Below, one piece after another: positions 11,189 through 27,075 of a stretch of DNA of 60,519 nt. A model generated the notes under the pieces. It searched no databases. It had not been told where the DNA came from and saw only the letters and a program-made list of their open reading frames with translations. Position numbers and translations under genes: made by a program. Position 1 is the first letter of the stretch. The number at the start of each line of letters is the position of its first letter. This DNA comes from Ministeria vibrans ATCC 50519 (Eukaryota > Protista > Filasterea): assembly GCA_943704425.1 (NCBI GenBank), contig CALSCP010002675.1:43709-104227 (forward strand), given 5' to 3'.

Positions 11189-13483
11189 TCATTTTTGCCT
11201 CAGCAGTTCGATTGCAACCTCCTCATAGAAGACTGGGAGTGCCCCGAGCTCGGGGATCTTGCTGGCGTGTACGCTGAGAAAGTCTGCGGCGATACCGACG
11301 GCATGACTGGACGCGAGAGGCGCAGGCATGATGTTGGTGGCGCCGTAGCGGGAGCTGAAGTGGGTCAGCACACGTGCGGCCGCATTCATGTCGTTGCACA
11401 TGCCAACTGCCTCGGACACGGTGGAGTGGCCCTTTTGACGAGCGTCCATGAGATATTCATCGGTAAAGGTTGACTCAAACACACTCAGAGTGCAATCGGA
11501 CCCGAGCTCTGGGATGTGTTTGTTGGGACGTGTGTCTCCCGAGTAAAAGACAGACCAGCCTTGACGGTGGTTGATACGCACGCAGTGCGCGTCGGGAATG
11601 TGTGTGGCGTTCGTTGTGACAAGGCTATTGAGTCCCGAGCGACGCAAAACAGCTTGCAGATCGGGCGACGGTACCACGCCCATGGCGGTGGTGTGGCAGG
11701 GGTAGAAGCGGTAGGGGGCGTCGCGGGTGGACCAGCGAATGAGGTGCTTCCAGCCGACGTAGCCACGACGGGGAGCCACCAGCGCCAGAGGGTGTCGTTC
11801 GGGATCAAGGCCGCGTGCACGCATCGCTTGGGTGCGCGCCTCGATGACACCCACCAGACCCAGATGGTGGTCGGCGTGCGTGTGCGAGATGTATATAATG
11901 TCGAGCGAAGCCATGATCTCCGCAGTGCGCTCGGGGCCGTAGAGGCGCAATATCTGGCCCACAGTTCCCTCGCCACAATCGAGCAACATGTGGGCGCGAT
12001 GGGAGCCAGGTGTGGCCGGCGTGGGCGAGCCCAGATCGACAAGAATGGCAGACACATTGCGAGGAACGGTCGGCAGCGACGAACTGGTGCCTAGAAAGGT
12101 CACACGAAAGTCAAAGGAGGCGGCTGCCTTGTGGGCGTTCTCGCTTGCGGCCAGACGTGCGCGCCTCTTCTCGTATTCAACGCTGCTGGCGAGGCTAGCG
12201 GCGCGAAGTCTGGCGCGAGCGCGTGGCAAAAGCGCCTGTGCTTCGGCTCGGTCGCACGGAAAAATGCCACGGCTTTCGACTTGCGGTGTGTCGGAAAGGT
12301 TGCGAGGGAAAAGACGAAGCGAAAGGCCCGGTAGAGCGGAGATGGCAGCACCTCCGGTCGCAGCAATAGCCTGCTCGAGGGGACGAGGTAGGCCTGACCA
12401 GTCGGTCGCCATGTCGCCATGGAAATAGGGGGGCGGAAGCATGTCGGGGTCAACCGTACTGAGCGATGTCGCAGCCTTGAAGTGGTCGACAAACATATCG
12501 ATGCCGGGGTCGCAGTTACCTGCGCCGGCAAACACATGGGCGGTATTGGAGGGGAAGTTGGTGCGGATCCAGTTGAGGTAGGTGTCGTGAGTGCAAATGG
12601 AGGCGGGCGCCATGTGAAAGACCGCGTCAATATCGTTGGGTAAATGACCGGACGCACGAGACACGTTGCGACTTAACGTGTCCAAGTGGGCCACTGTAGG
12701 GCAGTCGCACACGAGGCAATTGATGCCACGACCCTCGCTCTTGACCATGACATCCTCGGGACGAATGACACGACCGTCCTCGAGCGTGATCGGTTCGCCA
12801 GCTAGAAGCGTTTTGCGCACCCCCGAAAAGGGTACGCCGAGTTCACTCGCACGTGCATTGTCAAACTTTGGCGGGGTCTTGTGTCCCTGCACCACAAACG
12901 CCAGGGACACATCCGACGGGTGCACACCGACACGTCTGAGCTTTCGTCTGCTTCGACCATCATCACTCCCTGTCTCCATTCTCCCCTCCTCCGCCTCCTC
13001 TTCGTCGTCAGAGCCCGATGTCGCAGCGTTGTCTTGCACGCGCATCGGGAGCGACGGAACCATGGCAATCGAGGTGATCTTGACTTCGTCGTCCGCATAG
13101 GCAAGTTCGACGTCTCCGTCGCACGACCGCTGCTCTTTGATAACTTGGCGTTTCTCCAATTTGAGATTGGCGTTGTGTGCGTAGCTGTTGAATACGTCGT
13201 AGAGACCGGCAGGACCGGCCAGCAGCGACCGGTGCTCCTTACTGAACATGGTCAGCGCCCAACCCGCTAACCCGCCGGCTGAGCGGTATCGCAGCGACGT
13301 GTAGCACGTGGCAGCCACCTGGCCGCGCATGGATTGCACCAGCATGGCCCGCTGGGCCGATTCGGACGTGTTAAAGAGGTATCTACGGGACAATTTAGTC
13401 AGCAACTCGTGCAACCAAGATGAGTTTTTTAATGCCTTACCGTGTTCGCGTTCCAACAAGCATAACGCTGGGAAAGAGACCAT
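11189..13483 (-). CDS. ELAC2: Long-form tRNase Z (ELAC2/Trz1-like), apparently intronless
   Basis: RYLFNTSESAQR pseudo-motif, exosite KFDNARASELGVP..GEPITLEDGRVIRPEDV, FLGTSSSLP..RNVS, LLDCGEGT, HTHADHHLG, YSGDTRP, ESTF, HST, LTHFSSRY. Confidence 0.9.
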   Translation of the reverse strand: MVSFPALCLLEREHGKALKNSSWLHELLTKLSRRYLFNTSESAQRAMLVQSMRGQVAATCYTSLRYRSAGGLAGWALTMFSKEHRSLLAGPAGLYDVFNSYAHNANLKLEKRQVIKEQRSCDGDVELAYADDEVKITSIAMVPSLPMRVQDNAATSGSDDEEEAEEGRMETGSDDGRSRRKLRRVGVHPSDVSLAFVVQGHKTPPKFDNARASELGVPFSGVRKTLLAGEPITLEDGRVIRPEDVMVKSEGRGINCLVCDCPTVAHLDTLSRNVSRASGHLPNDIDAVFHMAPASICTHDTYLNWIRTNFPSNTAHVFAGAGNCDPGIDMFVDHFKAATSLSTVDPDMLPPPYFHGDMATDWSGLPRPLEQAIAATGGAAISALPGLSLRLFPRNLSDTPQVESRGIFPCDRAEAQALLPRARARLRAASLASSVEYEKRRARLAASENAHKAAASFDFRVTFLGTSSSLPTVPRNVSAILVDLGSPTPATPGSHRAHMLLDCGEGTVGQILRLYGPERTAEIMASLDIIYISHTHADHHLGLVGVIEARTQAMRARGLDPERHPLALVAPRRGYVGWKHLIRWSTRDAPYRFYPCHTTAMGVVPSPDLQAVLRRSGLNSLVTTNATHIPDAHCVRINHRQGWSVFYSGDTRPNKHIPELGSDCTLSVFESTFTDEYLMDARQKGHSTVSEAVGMCNDMNAAARVLTHFSSRYGATNIMPAPLASSHAVGIAADFLSVHASKIPELGALPVFYEEVAIELLRQK

Positions 13484-13651
13484 GGCTCTCGGTGCACACT
13501 ACAGTTGCAACCATCGTCTTGTTTGTCATTGTGCCAAACCGACGCGCGAACAATCTCATGTGAAAAATTAATATAATATTCCAAATCCTGATCACTAATC
13601 AGACAAAAGTGAAAAGTCCTTCATCTTGAGTATTTTCAAAAAAATTGTTCC

Positions 13652-16561
<2,910 letters not shown>

Positions 16562-16701
16562 CCCCCTTATATGTGTATAATTATTGTAATGTAAATATAG
16601 AATCGAGAACGAGCGTGTTGATTTGTAATCGACAACAAGTGTACAAAAAAAAAAAGAAAAAGAACGCACGCCACAAGACCACAAAGGCGCAGACATCTCA
16701 T

Positions 16702-18708
16702 TCAGTAGTACAGAATGATGGCCAAAAGAATTACCAACGCCGACAAGAAGGCGACCAAAGGCGAAGAAGAAATTCGCAGTCGGTTGAACGTGTGTTCCAT
16801 CTGCGCACGTGCAGTAATCGCCATTGTGGTGGGTGTGTCAGCCATGGCACTGCTCACCTCCTGTGCTGCACGCTCGCCCGCTTCCACAGCACCGTCCATG
16901 AATCCCTGACGCGAGTATTACGAGAGAGAGAATTAGGCAAAAACTATTATAGTACTATTATAATTACGAACTTGTGACACTGTCGCTGTTTCGGTGGAGG
17001 CCCAGTGGAGCGAGCCAATGGGAGTGCGCAGAGTGCGGCCGGCATTGAAGAGAACGGCGGGTGGGTAGTTTCCAACGGGACAACCGCCGGTGAAGACGTT
17101 GTCGTTCCACACGCAATCCTGGTAGGCGCGCACGCAGGTGCGCGCCTCTTCGCCAAACCACGATGCCAGACGTCCCACAACCATGTTGCGACGGGCCTCG
17201 ATGGATCGTTCGGCCCAATAGCGACCCGATGCACCCCCAATAAAGGCAACCAGTGCTGGTTGGGCGTTGCGCGTACCTTCTTGCGGCACTGTCTCGTCAA
17301 AGACGATGACCACGTCCGAGTCGGAGACCACTTCGCCACTGAATCCTTTGTCGCGCCAAAATGCACTCTCGTACGCTACAATACACTTGATTGTGCTACT
17401 TCCAAACTGTCGCTGTTGAAGCTGTTCGCGTAGAGGAGGCAGAGACGGACTAAACTCAATGCGTGTGGCAAGGTGCGGAGGAGCGGCAAAAATAACCCGA
17501 CGCGCTCGTACGCAGGACACGCGACTGCCTTTCGTGTGCAGCTCAACGCCCGCACTGTTGGTCCACTCTGCTGCTGAGCCTGCTGATGTGGTCTGTTGCT
17601 GTACAATGCGAGTGACAGGTGTGCCCAAGTGAATGATGACCCCTTGTCCTTTCAAGCGCTCCGCCAAACGCTAACAATGAAAAAAAAAAACAAAAAAGTA
17701 CGTCGATAAATTAATGGTTGTTACAAGTGAATTTAGACCGGTCTCTCAAAGTACCTCTGATATTTGCTGTGCACCACCAACACACGTCGCCTTTTGGTTT
17801 CCTTTCGATAAGTTGTCAAAACCTCCCGAGCTTTTTGCATACCACAAGACGTGAAGAAGACTGTTCGAAGAGAGGAAAGGAAATACACACAAAGGGATGG
17901 TCGTGAGCGAGACACACTCTCATGTGGCTTGCGAATGTGTGTATTTCGGTCTTCTTGCGATCTGTTTCATAATGTGTCGTACCTGACCTCGGCAAGGTCG
18001 CAGCCGTGAACGATGCGCATCATGGCAACAATCATTTGGTAGGTTGACTCAAACCAGACGTTGGCGGCGAAGAAGGAGGCCGCCGTCTGGGCATCCCATT
18101 CACCCGCTTTAGGACACAGCCAAGGATCATCACTCGGCACACATGCTGCCATGCGATCGGCCTTCCATAGCACCAATTGAGTGTCAATCAAGCTGAGGAC
18201 GCCGAGGCCCATCGGAATGTCACTGGTGTAGTACGACTGCTTCCCCAGCACATCCAGCACCTTCTTTCCGCCATAGAACTGCTCGTGCTTGGCAATATCC
18301 AACTGTTCCAGCAGCGTCAGAATGTGGGACTGGTGGTCGCCAACCCACTGGCCGCCAAGGTCTGTGCGCCCAAATATGGTGAGAGTGTGTTTAAGATGTC
18401 CAAACGATACAATTCCAGATGTCAGAACGATACAATCAACAATTCAATGAAATCCCTTGATTACCAAAGCGACACGTCTTTCCGCTACACACCACATTGC
18501 ACGTGTGCGTGCGGCCTCCCTAGAAACCGAAAATAAGAGACAGGGAGGTCAGGAAGAGCGCAGTGTGAACTCACAAGTGTACCACACGCTCTTGCGCTTC
18601 AACCACGACGAGTTTCACGCCGGGATGGGCCGCGAGTACTCGTGTCGCAGCAACAAGTCCAGAGATACCGGCGCCAACAACCGCGACGTCGTATTCACCC
18701 GAGGTCAT
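16702..18708 (-). CDS. Flavin-containing monoamine oxidase-like protein with C-terminal membrane anchor, multi-exon
   Basis: YDVAVVGAGISGLVAA..VEAQERV/GGRT, DLGGQWVG, GGAQQISE, YESAFWRDKGFSG, TGGCP, LHWASTETA, MDGAVEAGERAA, and a hydrophobic C-terminal tail. Confidence 0.88.
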
Positions 18709-18945
18709 CCTGAAAAAATATTGATCACGGTCCACGGATTTTTCTCTAATGATTAATCAGCTATTATTATTATTCCTATAATAATAAATAAATAAATAAA
18801 TAAAATAATATTATCATCATTCTTATTTATAATTGCACAGTGATCAGACAAACAACAGTCAAAATCAACCTTCAAAAATGCATTATTATTAATGTGAGGT
18901 TTCTAATACCAATACTGTATCTCATACTGTACAAATTTCTTCGCT

Positions 18946-20500
<1,555 letters not shown>

Positions 20501-20606
20501 TCAAAATTTGAGTGGAGTCATTAAATTTAATAATTCACACAGTTTAACACTCACACTCACTGACTCACACAGACCACAGTTTTAACTGTTTTATTAGTCA
20601 TTTGCA

Positions 20607-21368
20607 ATGGACAACTTGACAACGCGAATCTTTGGAGATGTCAAGGTGAGAGTTCGTGAGAGGAGCGCCGCAGATTACGGGATGTTTGCGTGGCCAGCGG
20701 CCAACACTCTGGCGCGATTCGTCGTTGATCGTCGTCACACGTTACGCAACAAAGAGGTGGTGGAGATTGGCTGTGGCGTTGGCATATGTGGCATCGTTGC
20801 GGCGCTGGCAGGCGCTCGTCGAGTCACACTGACCGACAAGGACGACGACGCCATCCTCACCAACACCCGCTACAATTGCCTCGTCAACGGCCTTGAAGGC
20901 TCCTCTTCTGCCGTTCAAGTGTTACCACTCGAATGGGCAAGCGCAGCATATGATCCTACAGTCGAGGCGGCGCTTCATTCCGCTTCCATCCTGCTTGCTG
21001 CCGACACTCTGTTTGATGCGCCCGCCCGCCACGCTTGTATGGCAACCATCTCGCGTTTCCTCCATTTGGACGCCGCCCCAGCATCGTCTGCTGCTGAACG
21101 TGACGACCCGTCGGAGCAGCGTCAATGCTGGCTCGCGTACGCCCAGCGAAGTTCGAACCTGTCACTTCAGGCACTCTTTGATCGCTGGAATGTCAACGCC
21201 GAGTTCGTCAACAGTCGCTCAAGTGTGTCGTCCCAATCACAATCATCACATGGCGACGACACTGACGACGGCGCTGTCGACAGCGATGATGATCAGGATG
21301 ATCAGGATGATCGTGCTGGTTCACTTTCCATTGACATTTTTATTCTTCGCGCCAAGCCTTCCAATTGA
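20607..21368 (+). CDS. Methyltransferase family 16 (METTL23-like protein methyltransferase)
   Basis: YGMFAWPAANTLARF, VVEIGCGVGICGIVAA, VTLTD, NCLVNG, LEW, ILLAADTLFD, AYAQRS. Confidence 0.8.
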   Translation: MDNLTTRIFGDVKVRVRERSAADYGMFAWPAANTLARFVVDRRHTLRNKEVVEIGCGVGICGIVAALAGARRVTLTDKDDDAILTNTRYNCLVNGLEGSSSAVQVLPLEWASAAYDPTVEAALHSASILLAADTLFDAPARHACMATISRFLHLDAAPASSAAERDDPSEQRQCWLAYAQRSSNLSLQALFDRWNVNAEFVNSRSSVSSQSQSSHGDDTDDGAVDSDDDQDDQDDRAGSLSIDIFILRAKPSN

Positions 21369-21755
21369 GTCGGTTGTCACCCGCGACGCACCGCACGCAA
21401 TTTATCGTGCATCCACACCCACCACACACACCTTCCCAAAAGGACCACCGCCACAGATTCGTTGTGGAGCGTCACTGAGAAAAAGAGAGGTAATAATGCG
21501 CGTCGTCGCTGCCCACGCCGGCATTTGGCCGTGCTTTGTCGCTTGCGTCATCTTGAAATGTGTTTTGGCATCAAACCGATCGACTCAAAGTGCGGCGCTG
21601 CCGATTACGGCTTTATTTTCCACCGCTGCAGCCGTTGAGACAAAGCGCGCGTCAAAAACGCGTCAAAAATCTCACTCCTCTCTTTATTGTCTCACAGCGA
21701 AGCCCTTGTCTCGGGCCTGGCCTTTACTGTACGCAAAATAACAGATAGACGTAAG

Positions 21756-24387
21756 ATGATGGCTACAGATGGTACGAAAGTTGCATTGACGACATTTGGA
21801 GACTCACTGACACTTTCCTGTTTCACTTTCGCTTTTTTTTTTTTTTTTTTTTTTTTTTTGTCTCTTGCACCTCAGACGATTTGTGTAGTATGCCAGGTGC
21901 ACAACACATGCCATTGTCAATGTTCAAGCACGGAAAAAGCGAGAAACGCGAACGTGCACGCCACTTGGCACACCAACCGCGTCACCAACGCCCGAGCGCG
22001 TCCGCATCAACCGCTCCATTGACGGCCGCTTCCGCACCTCCACCTTCATCACTCTCGGCACAGTCGAAGTCTTCCTCGTCGGAGCGCAAAAGTCACCTAC
22101 GTGCTACAACGTCCTCATCCGAAATCACACAAGAGTCCGATGCCGTGCGTGCCTGGGTCATGACGCAACTGGAGCAGTCTCGCATGCGCATTCCCGATCC
22201 AAGTTCCTCCAAAAAGCCATCTTCGCGCAAGGTAGAATCTCCGCTTGGTGTTTTGAAAGGCATATAAGTTGTTACTGTTTTTGACGGTTTTTTATTGTTA
22301 GCATGGCCGCTCGGGCAGCAGCAGCACTGAAAGTGGTGGGTTGGCCCGACAAGTGTCCATTCCCTCATCAGATGGTATTTTCAACAAGGGCAAAAGTGGA
22401 CGCACGATGCTCGTGCGTCGCAAACCCTCTGAGAGTGGTAAAAAAAACAATAATAATTAATATGTGTAATGTGTTTTACCTGAAATTGTGAAATTTGTAG
22501 CTAATACTGTACCACCAAGCACGGTTGCCTTTGACGAACACTCGTTTTATAATGCTACGACAGAAGAAGTTGTGGTGGCGGACACAGCGAAAACGAAAAC
22601 AACCTCAGCCATAACCAAAACTTCCAGAGGTAATCCAGAGTCAGCCACAGCAACTGCGTCTACTACAGAAACACCTCAGCGCTCCACCGTCCTGCCATCT
22701 CCTCAACCACGCCGCCAACGCACACCAGTCAAACGACAAGGCTCACCTCTTCCCGTGCGTCGTGCCTCACCTGCAACCCGAGCCCCGTCGTCTCCTCAAC
22801 GCCCACGCCCTTCCTCCCCTTTTGACGGTACCCAAGTACTTTCGGATCTCTTTGCTATTGCCGTCAAGGAAGCCGCGCCTGGTTGGTCGTCGAAACTTCC
22901 CGAGAGTCTTGCCGATTATGGTAAGTATACCAAATAGAATTCACTATTTTGTATCCTCCTAATTGTTCAGCGTCTTGATAGACCAATACTTTGAAAATGT
23001 CCGAGCATCGCTGGCTCTTGTCTACCGCCAGGAACTTGAAGACGTTCGGTTCGTCAACTTGCAGTAATATTTTCTTCATTTTATTAATATTATTCTTTTT
23101 TACCGTTTCAGTCATCGTGTGAATCATGAATTATTGCAACGCGAAGGTCGACAGAACCGGCACCACGAACAAGAGGACACACACATGTCTGCCGAACAGC
23201 CACCCATACGTTTTCCAAGTGGTCGCTATGATCATCCATTTGACCATTTTGGTGGAGGCGATGATGCTTCTTCTCTACCGTTTCCACATCCTCGGCCTAC
23301 CTCATTCAGCCACCGACAGACGCTCGCACACTCACCTCAACAGCAGCAACAGCAAAACAAACAGCATCAACAACAACAACAACAACAACAACAACGTCGT
23401 GTGGACACTGATTTGACGTACACCGCATCGCGTCGCCATCATATGGTTCCTACCGAGATGCAGTCGCGTCGAACCGACAGCGTCTCGCGTTGGCGCCAGC
23501 ATGACAGTTTCTATGAGGAGGATTCCGCTCCCTCTTCTGCGATGCGCGACGAGCGCTCCCAGTCACGTTCACAGTCTCGTGCTCTCTACGACGAACACCG
23601 TCACTCTGGTCAACCAGTGAGTGCATCCTTGTTGAAAAAAAAAAAAAAAAAAAACACCAACAACTGATGTGTTGTTTCCGCTAATCCTTTCCCTATTTTT
23701 TTTCTTCTTTTTCCATTAGCTCCAGAGTGGCAGTCATTTTCGATCTGCCGAGCCTTACGAGCGCACTCCACCCTACCGACGCATGCCCTCCTACTATGCA
23801 CACGAGCCAGCCTATTCCTATCCGATGTACCCTCCGTCACATTTGGAGTCCCGTGCTCATCCGTAACATTGATTTGTTTGATTGTTTTCTGTTGTTTCTT
23901 AATATTTCTTTATTGTGCATGCAGATTTGCTGCTCCGGTGCAGCCCTACTATGAATACGCTCGTATTGCAGCACCACCGTACGAGCGCCCTCCTCCTGTC
24001 TTTGTGGCGAGACGGTAAAATTGTTTGGCAATAGGAATTGCATGTGCTCACTTTTTGTGACCCTCTAATTTAAAAAGCCCATCGGAAATGGCCCCGTCTG
24101 AGTTTTTTGATCCCATGGTAAATAATGATAAATAATACGTCAGTATTATATTAAATAATAATAACAATTATTATTATTATTAAACACATTTCCTCTCTGC
24201 TCTCTGTTCTTCTTTGCCCCTCTTTGTATCACTTTGTTTCTTTCTTCCTCCTCTCTCTCTACACTCTGTTTCTCCTTTTTTCTTTCTTACTTTCCCTGCA
24301 CTTTTTCTTCTGTAGCACACTGCCGTTCCAGCCTCTCGTCGATATCGCCTTCTCGACGCCATTTCATGGGGCACTCAAAATGAATAA
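21756..24387 (+). CDS. Uncharacterised multi-exon Ser/Pro/Gln-rich protein
   Basis: A series of GC-rich open segments separated by GT-AG introns. The 3' exons can be joined in frame and end ..ISWGTQNE-stop. No recognisable domain; start uncertain. Confidence 0.45.
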
Positions 24388-24412
24388 ACAAAAAAAAATA
24401 TAATGCCGAACT

Positions 24413-25850
24413 TTATTCTACATTAGGCATAGATGGGCCAGCGCCACCGCGTTGTTTGCGATCATGACCGCGTTTTCGGTCGTGATTCGCAACCACTGCC
24501 TTGTTGCGGTCTTTCTTTTGCCTGTTGACAAGAGTTGCGTGTGATTGTCCCTGTCCCTTGCGACCTGTCCCACGCACATCACCAATGTGAACGTGCGGTA
24601 CAGAGCCATTGCCACTGCCACGACTTGATTGACTTGCGCTCGCGGCCTCACCTCCACTGCCTTTGCTTGTACCACTATTGGGCGAAGACTTAACATCCGA
24701 CGTTGGAGCAACAATAGGCTCTCGCGAGCGTGGCACAAAAACTTCGGGTGTTCCATGAGGCACAATTCGCACGGGTTGTTGCGACTGGTACTGCTGACGA
24801 CGTCCACCACCCACACTAGAATCGTCGTTTGCATCGTCGTCGTTGTCGGCAGCTGTCGTGTCCATTCCAAACGCCCGCATGTTTCCATCGTACGTGTCAT
24901 CGTACTCGTCGTCGTACAACATCTCTTCGTAGCGCGCCCGAGTGCTCTCCAAATGTGACTTGTCATCAAGCACATTGCGAATATCTCGATCCGTCACCCT
25001 ATCCGACAAATGACAATGAATGAGCGTGACACAAACACAATTTCTAATTCGATCTCTATCACGTTCTCTCTCTCTCTCTCTCTATCACTTTGGTTCTCTC
25101 TCTATCACTTTGTTTTTCTCTCTATCACTTTGGTTCTCTCTCTCTATCTCTTTTTTTTCTTTCTCCTCTCTCTCTATGACTTTATCTCTGCCTCTGATCT
25201 CTGTCTCTCTTTCTCATACTGTTTTTTCCCCTTGTGAATACGCGACAGATCAACAGCGGACGGATTTGAAAAGAGATCAAACTCGTCGTTGTCGTAGACA
25301 TTGCGCCGGCCGGCCAGCATGGACGCCGGCGGAGCGGCACGAACCGACGCCGGCAGCGTGCCCTCCAACAGTGCGGTGGTGGTCTTCTGCACATCGTTGC
25401 CATAGTGCGCCAGTGCACGCTCAAGCACCTCGGGCGATTCGTGTGGGAGCATTTCATGCAGCATGGCAATGTTGGCGTTCACGGGCGCGTCCAAGCCAGA
25501 TTCTTGCAGTGGTTCGTCGGAATGCTCCACAAGCACTGCCAGCACCGACGCCATTTGTTGACGACGGTTCGCGCACTCGGGTCGCTCCGCACACACGCGT
25601 TCGATGCTCCCTTGTAGCTGCCACTGTGCGTCAAACGTACGCAGAAACACAGCGTGGTCCGTCACCGAAACTAGGTGGTCGCACAATCGCTCAAATCGAT
25701 CAGAGGCTTCACTTTCACTCTAACACACAAATGAAAGAGACAAAAAAATAAAAATTAATAGTAATAATAAAAATAATAATATATTAAGCAATTATTAAGA
25801 AACAAATAATAATGATACTCATAACAGTGTAATAATACGACGTACTAATA

Positions 25851-25894
<44 letters not shown>

Positions 25895-25908
25895 NNNNNN
25901 NNNNATAT

Positions 25909-25956
<48 letters not shown>

Positions 25957-26991
25957 GTATATAATAGTAATCATAATAATTAATATTATTGTTTTTACCA
26001 TTTTCGGAGAGGGAGTGGCAGCACTTTTTCCTTTGCCCTTGGATCGGACGGCACGCCATGCCGAGTTGGTTCCAGGTGCGTCTACGGGCACCATTGTGGC
26101 GGCCGTGTCGCTTGCAAGAAGAGGTACAAGAAAATAGGTGTCGGTGAGGGCGGCGGCGCAGGCGAGCAGACGGCTGAGGATTTCGTTTGTGCGTTGCTCG
26201 CCGTCAATGAGAGTCGCACTCTCTTTGGTAAGCTCATCAAACACGTCCGCAAGGACCACAAGCAAGCCGTGCTCGACAAAGCCCGCCATGGCCATTGTTG
26301 GTGCACATAGGAAGAGGGCACGCAAGGCGTACACTCCCTCATCAACGTAGTCGAGTGCTTCGCCACGACGCAGTGCATTCTCGTCACACAGCTGTGCTCG
26401 GGCGCGCGACAGACACGCCACGCTCGAGGCTGCGGCGTCGAAGAAATCATCGGCATACTGTGGTTGTTGCTTGAGGACATTGTCGAGCATACGCGTCACC
26501 AGTGTGCGATTTGACGGACCGTAAATGGCCGTCAGGTCGATCAGTTTCGCAGCGTCAAACAACCAATTGTCGTAGACGGTGTTTGCAAAGTCAAAGCCAG
26601 CCTCCTCGTCGTGCAACGCGAGCCGCGAGAGTACCGCCAGGACGCGCTGTTGCAGTGCCCGCTCCGACGTGCGCCACAGCGACAGAGACGCAACAGTGGG
26701 GCTGTCAAGCAAATCTTCGTTGGCGATGCGCGAGAAGCCAAAGCGCGGCGTGTACAGGAGGAAGCCGTCAAGGAAGCGAGCAACAGACTCGTTGTAGACA
26801 ACCTCGCTCCAGAAGTGGGCGTGAGGAAGACGCAGGAGCCAGACACAGTCACGACAATGTACTTTGAGCATTTCGCAACGCGATTCCAGCTCGCCTACAC
26901 TCGCCAGGTCCGTTCGCCAGGGCGGATACGGTACAAAGTCGACGCCCGACAGTAATGTAGGGGCAATCATAAGAAAATCAATACCATTCAT
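24413..26991 (-). CDS. ASCC2: Activating signal cointegrator complex subunit 2 (CUE domain)
   Basis: WLLRLPHAHFWSEVVYN, YDNWLFDAAKLIDLTAIYG, CUE-like LHEMLPH..LAHYGND..LLEG, RRNVYDNDEFD, YDDEYDDTYD, ANHDRKRGHDRK. Confidence 0.88.
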
Positions 26992-27075
26992 TCCATTTGT
27001 CTGGTAGAGATCAGAGAAGGAGATCGAATAGTCTCACGATCAATCATTGCGTAACGAAATTCATATTTTGTTAGA

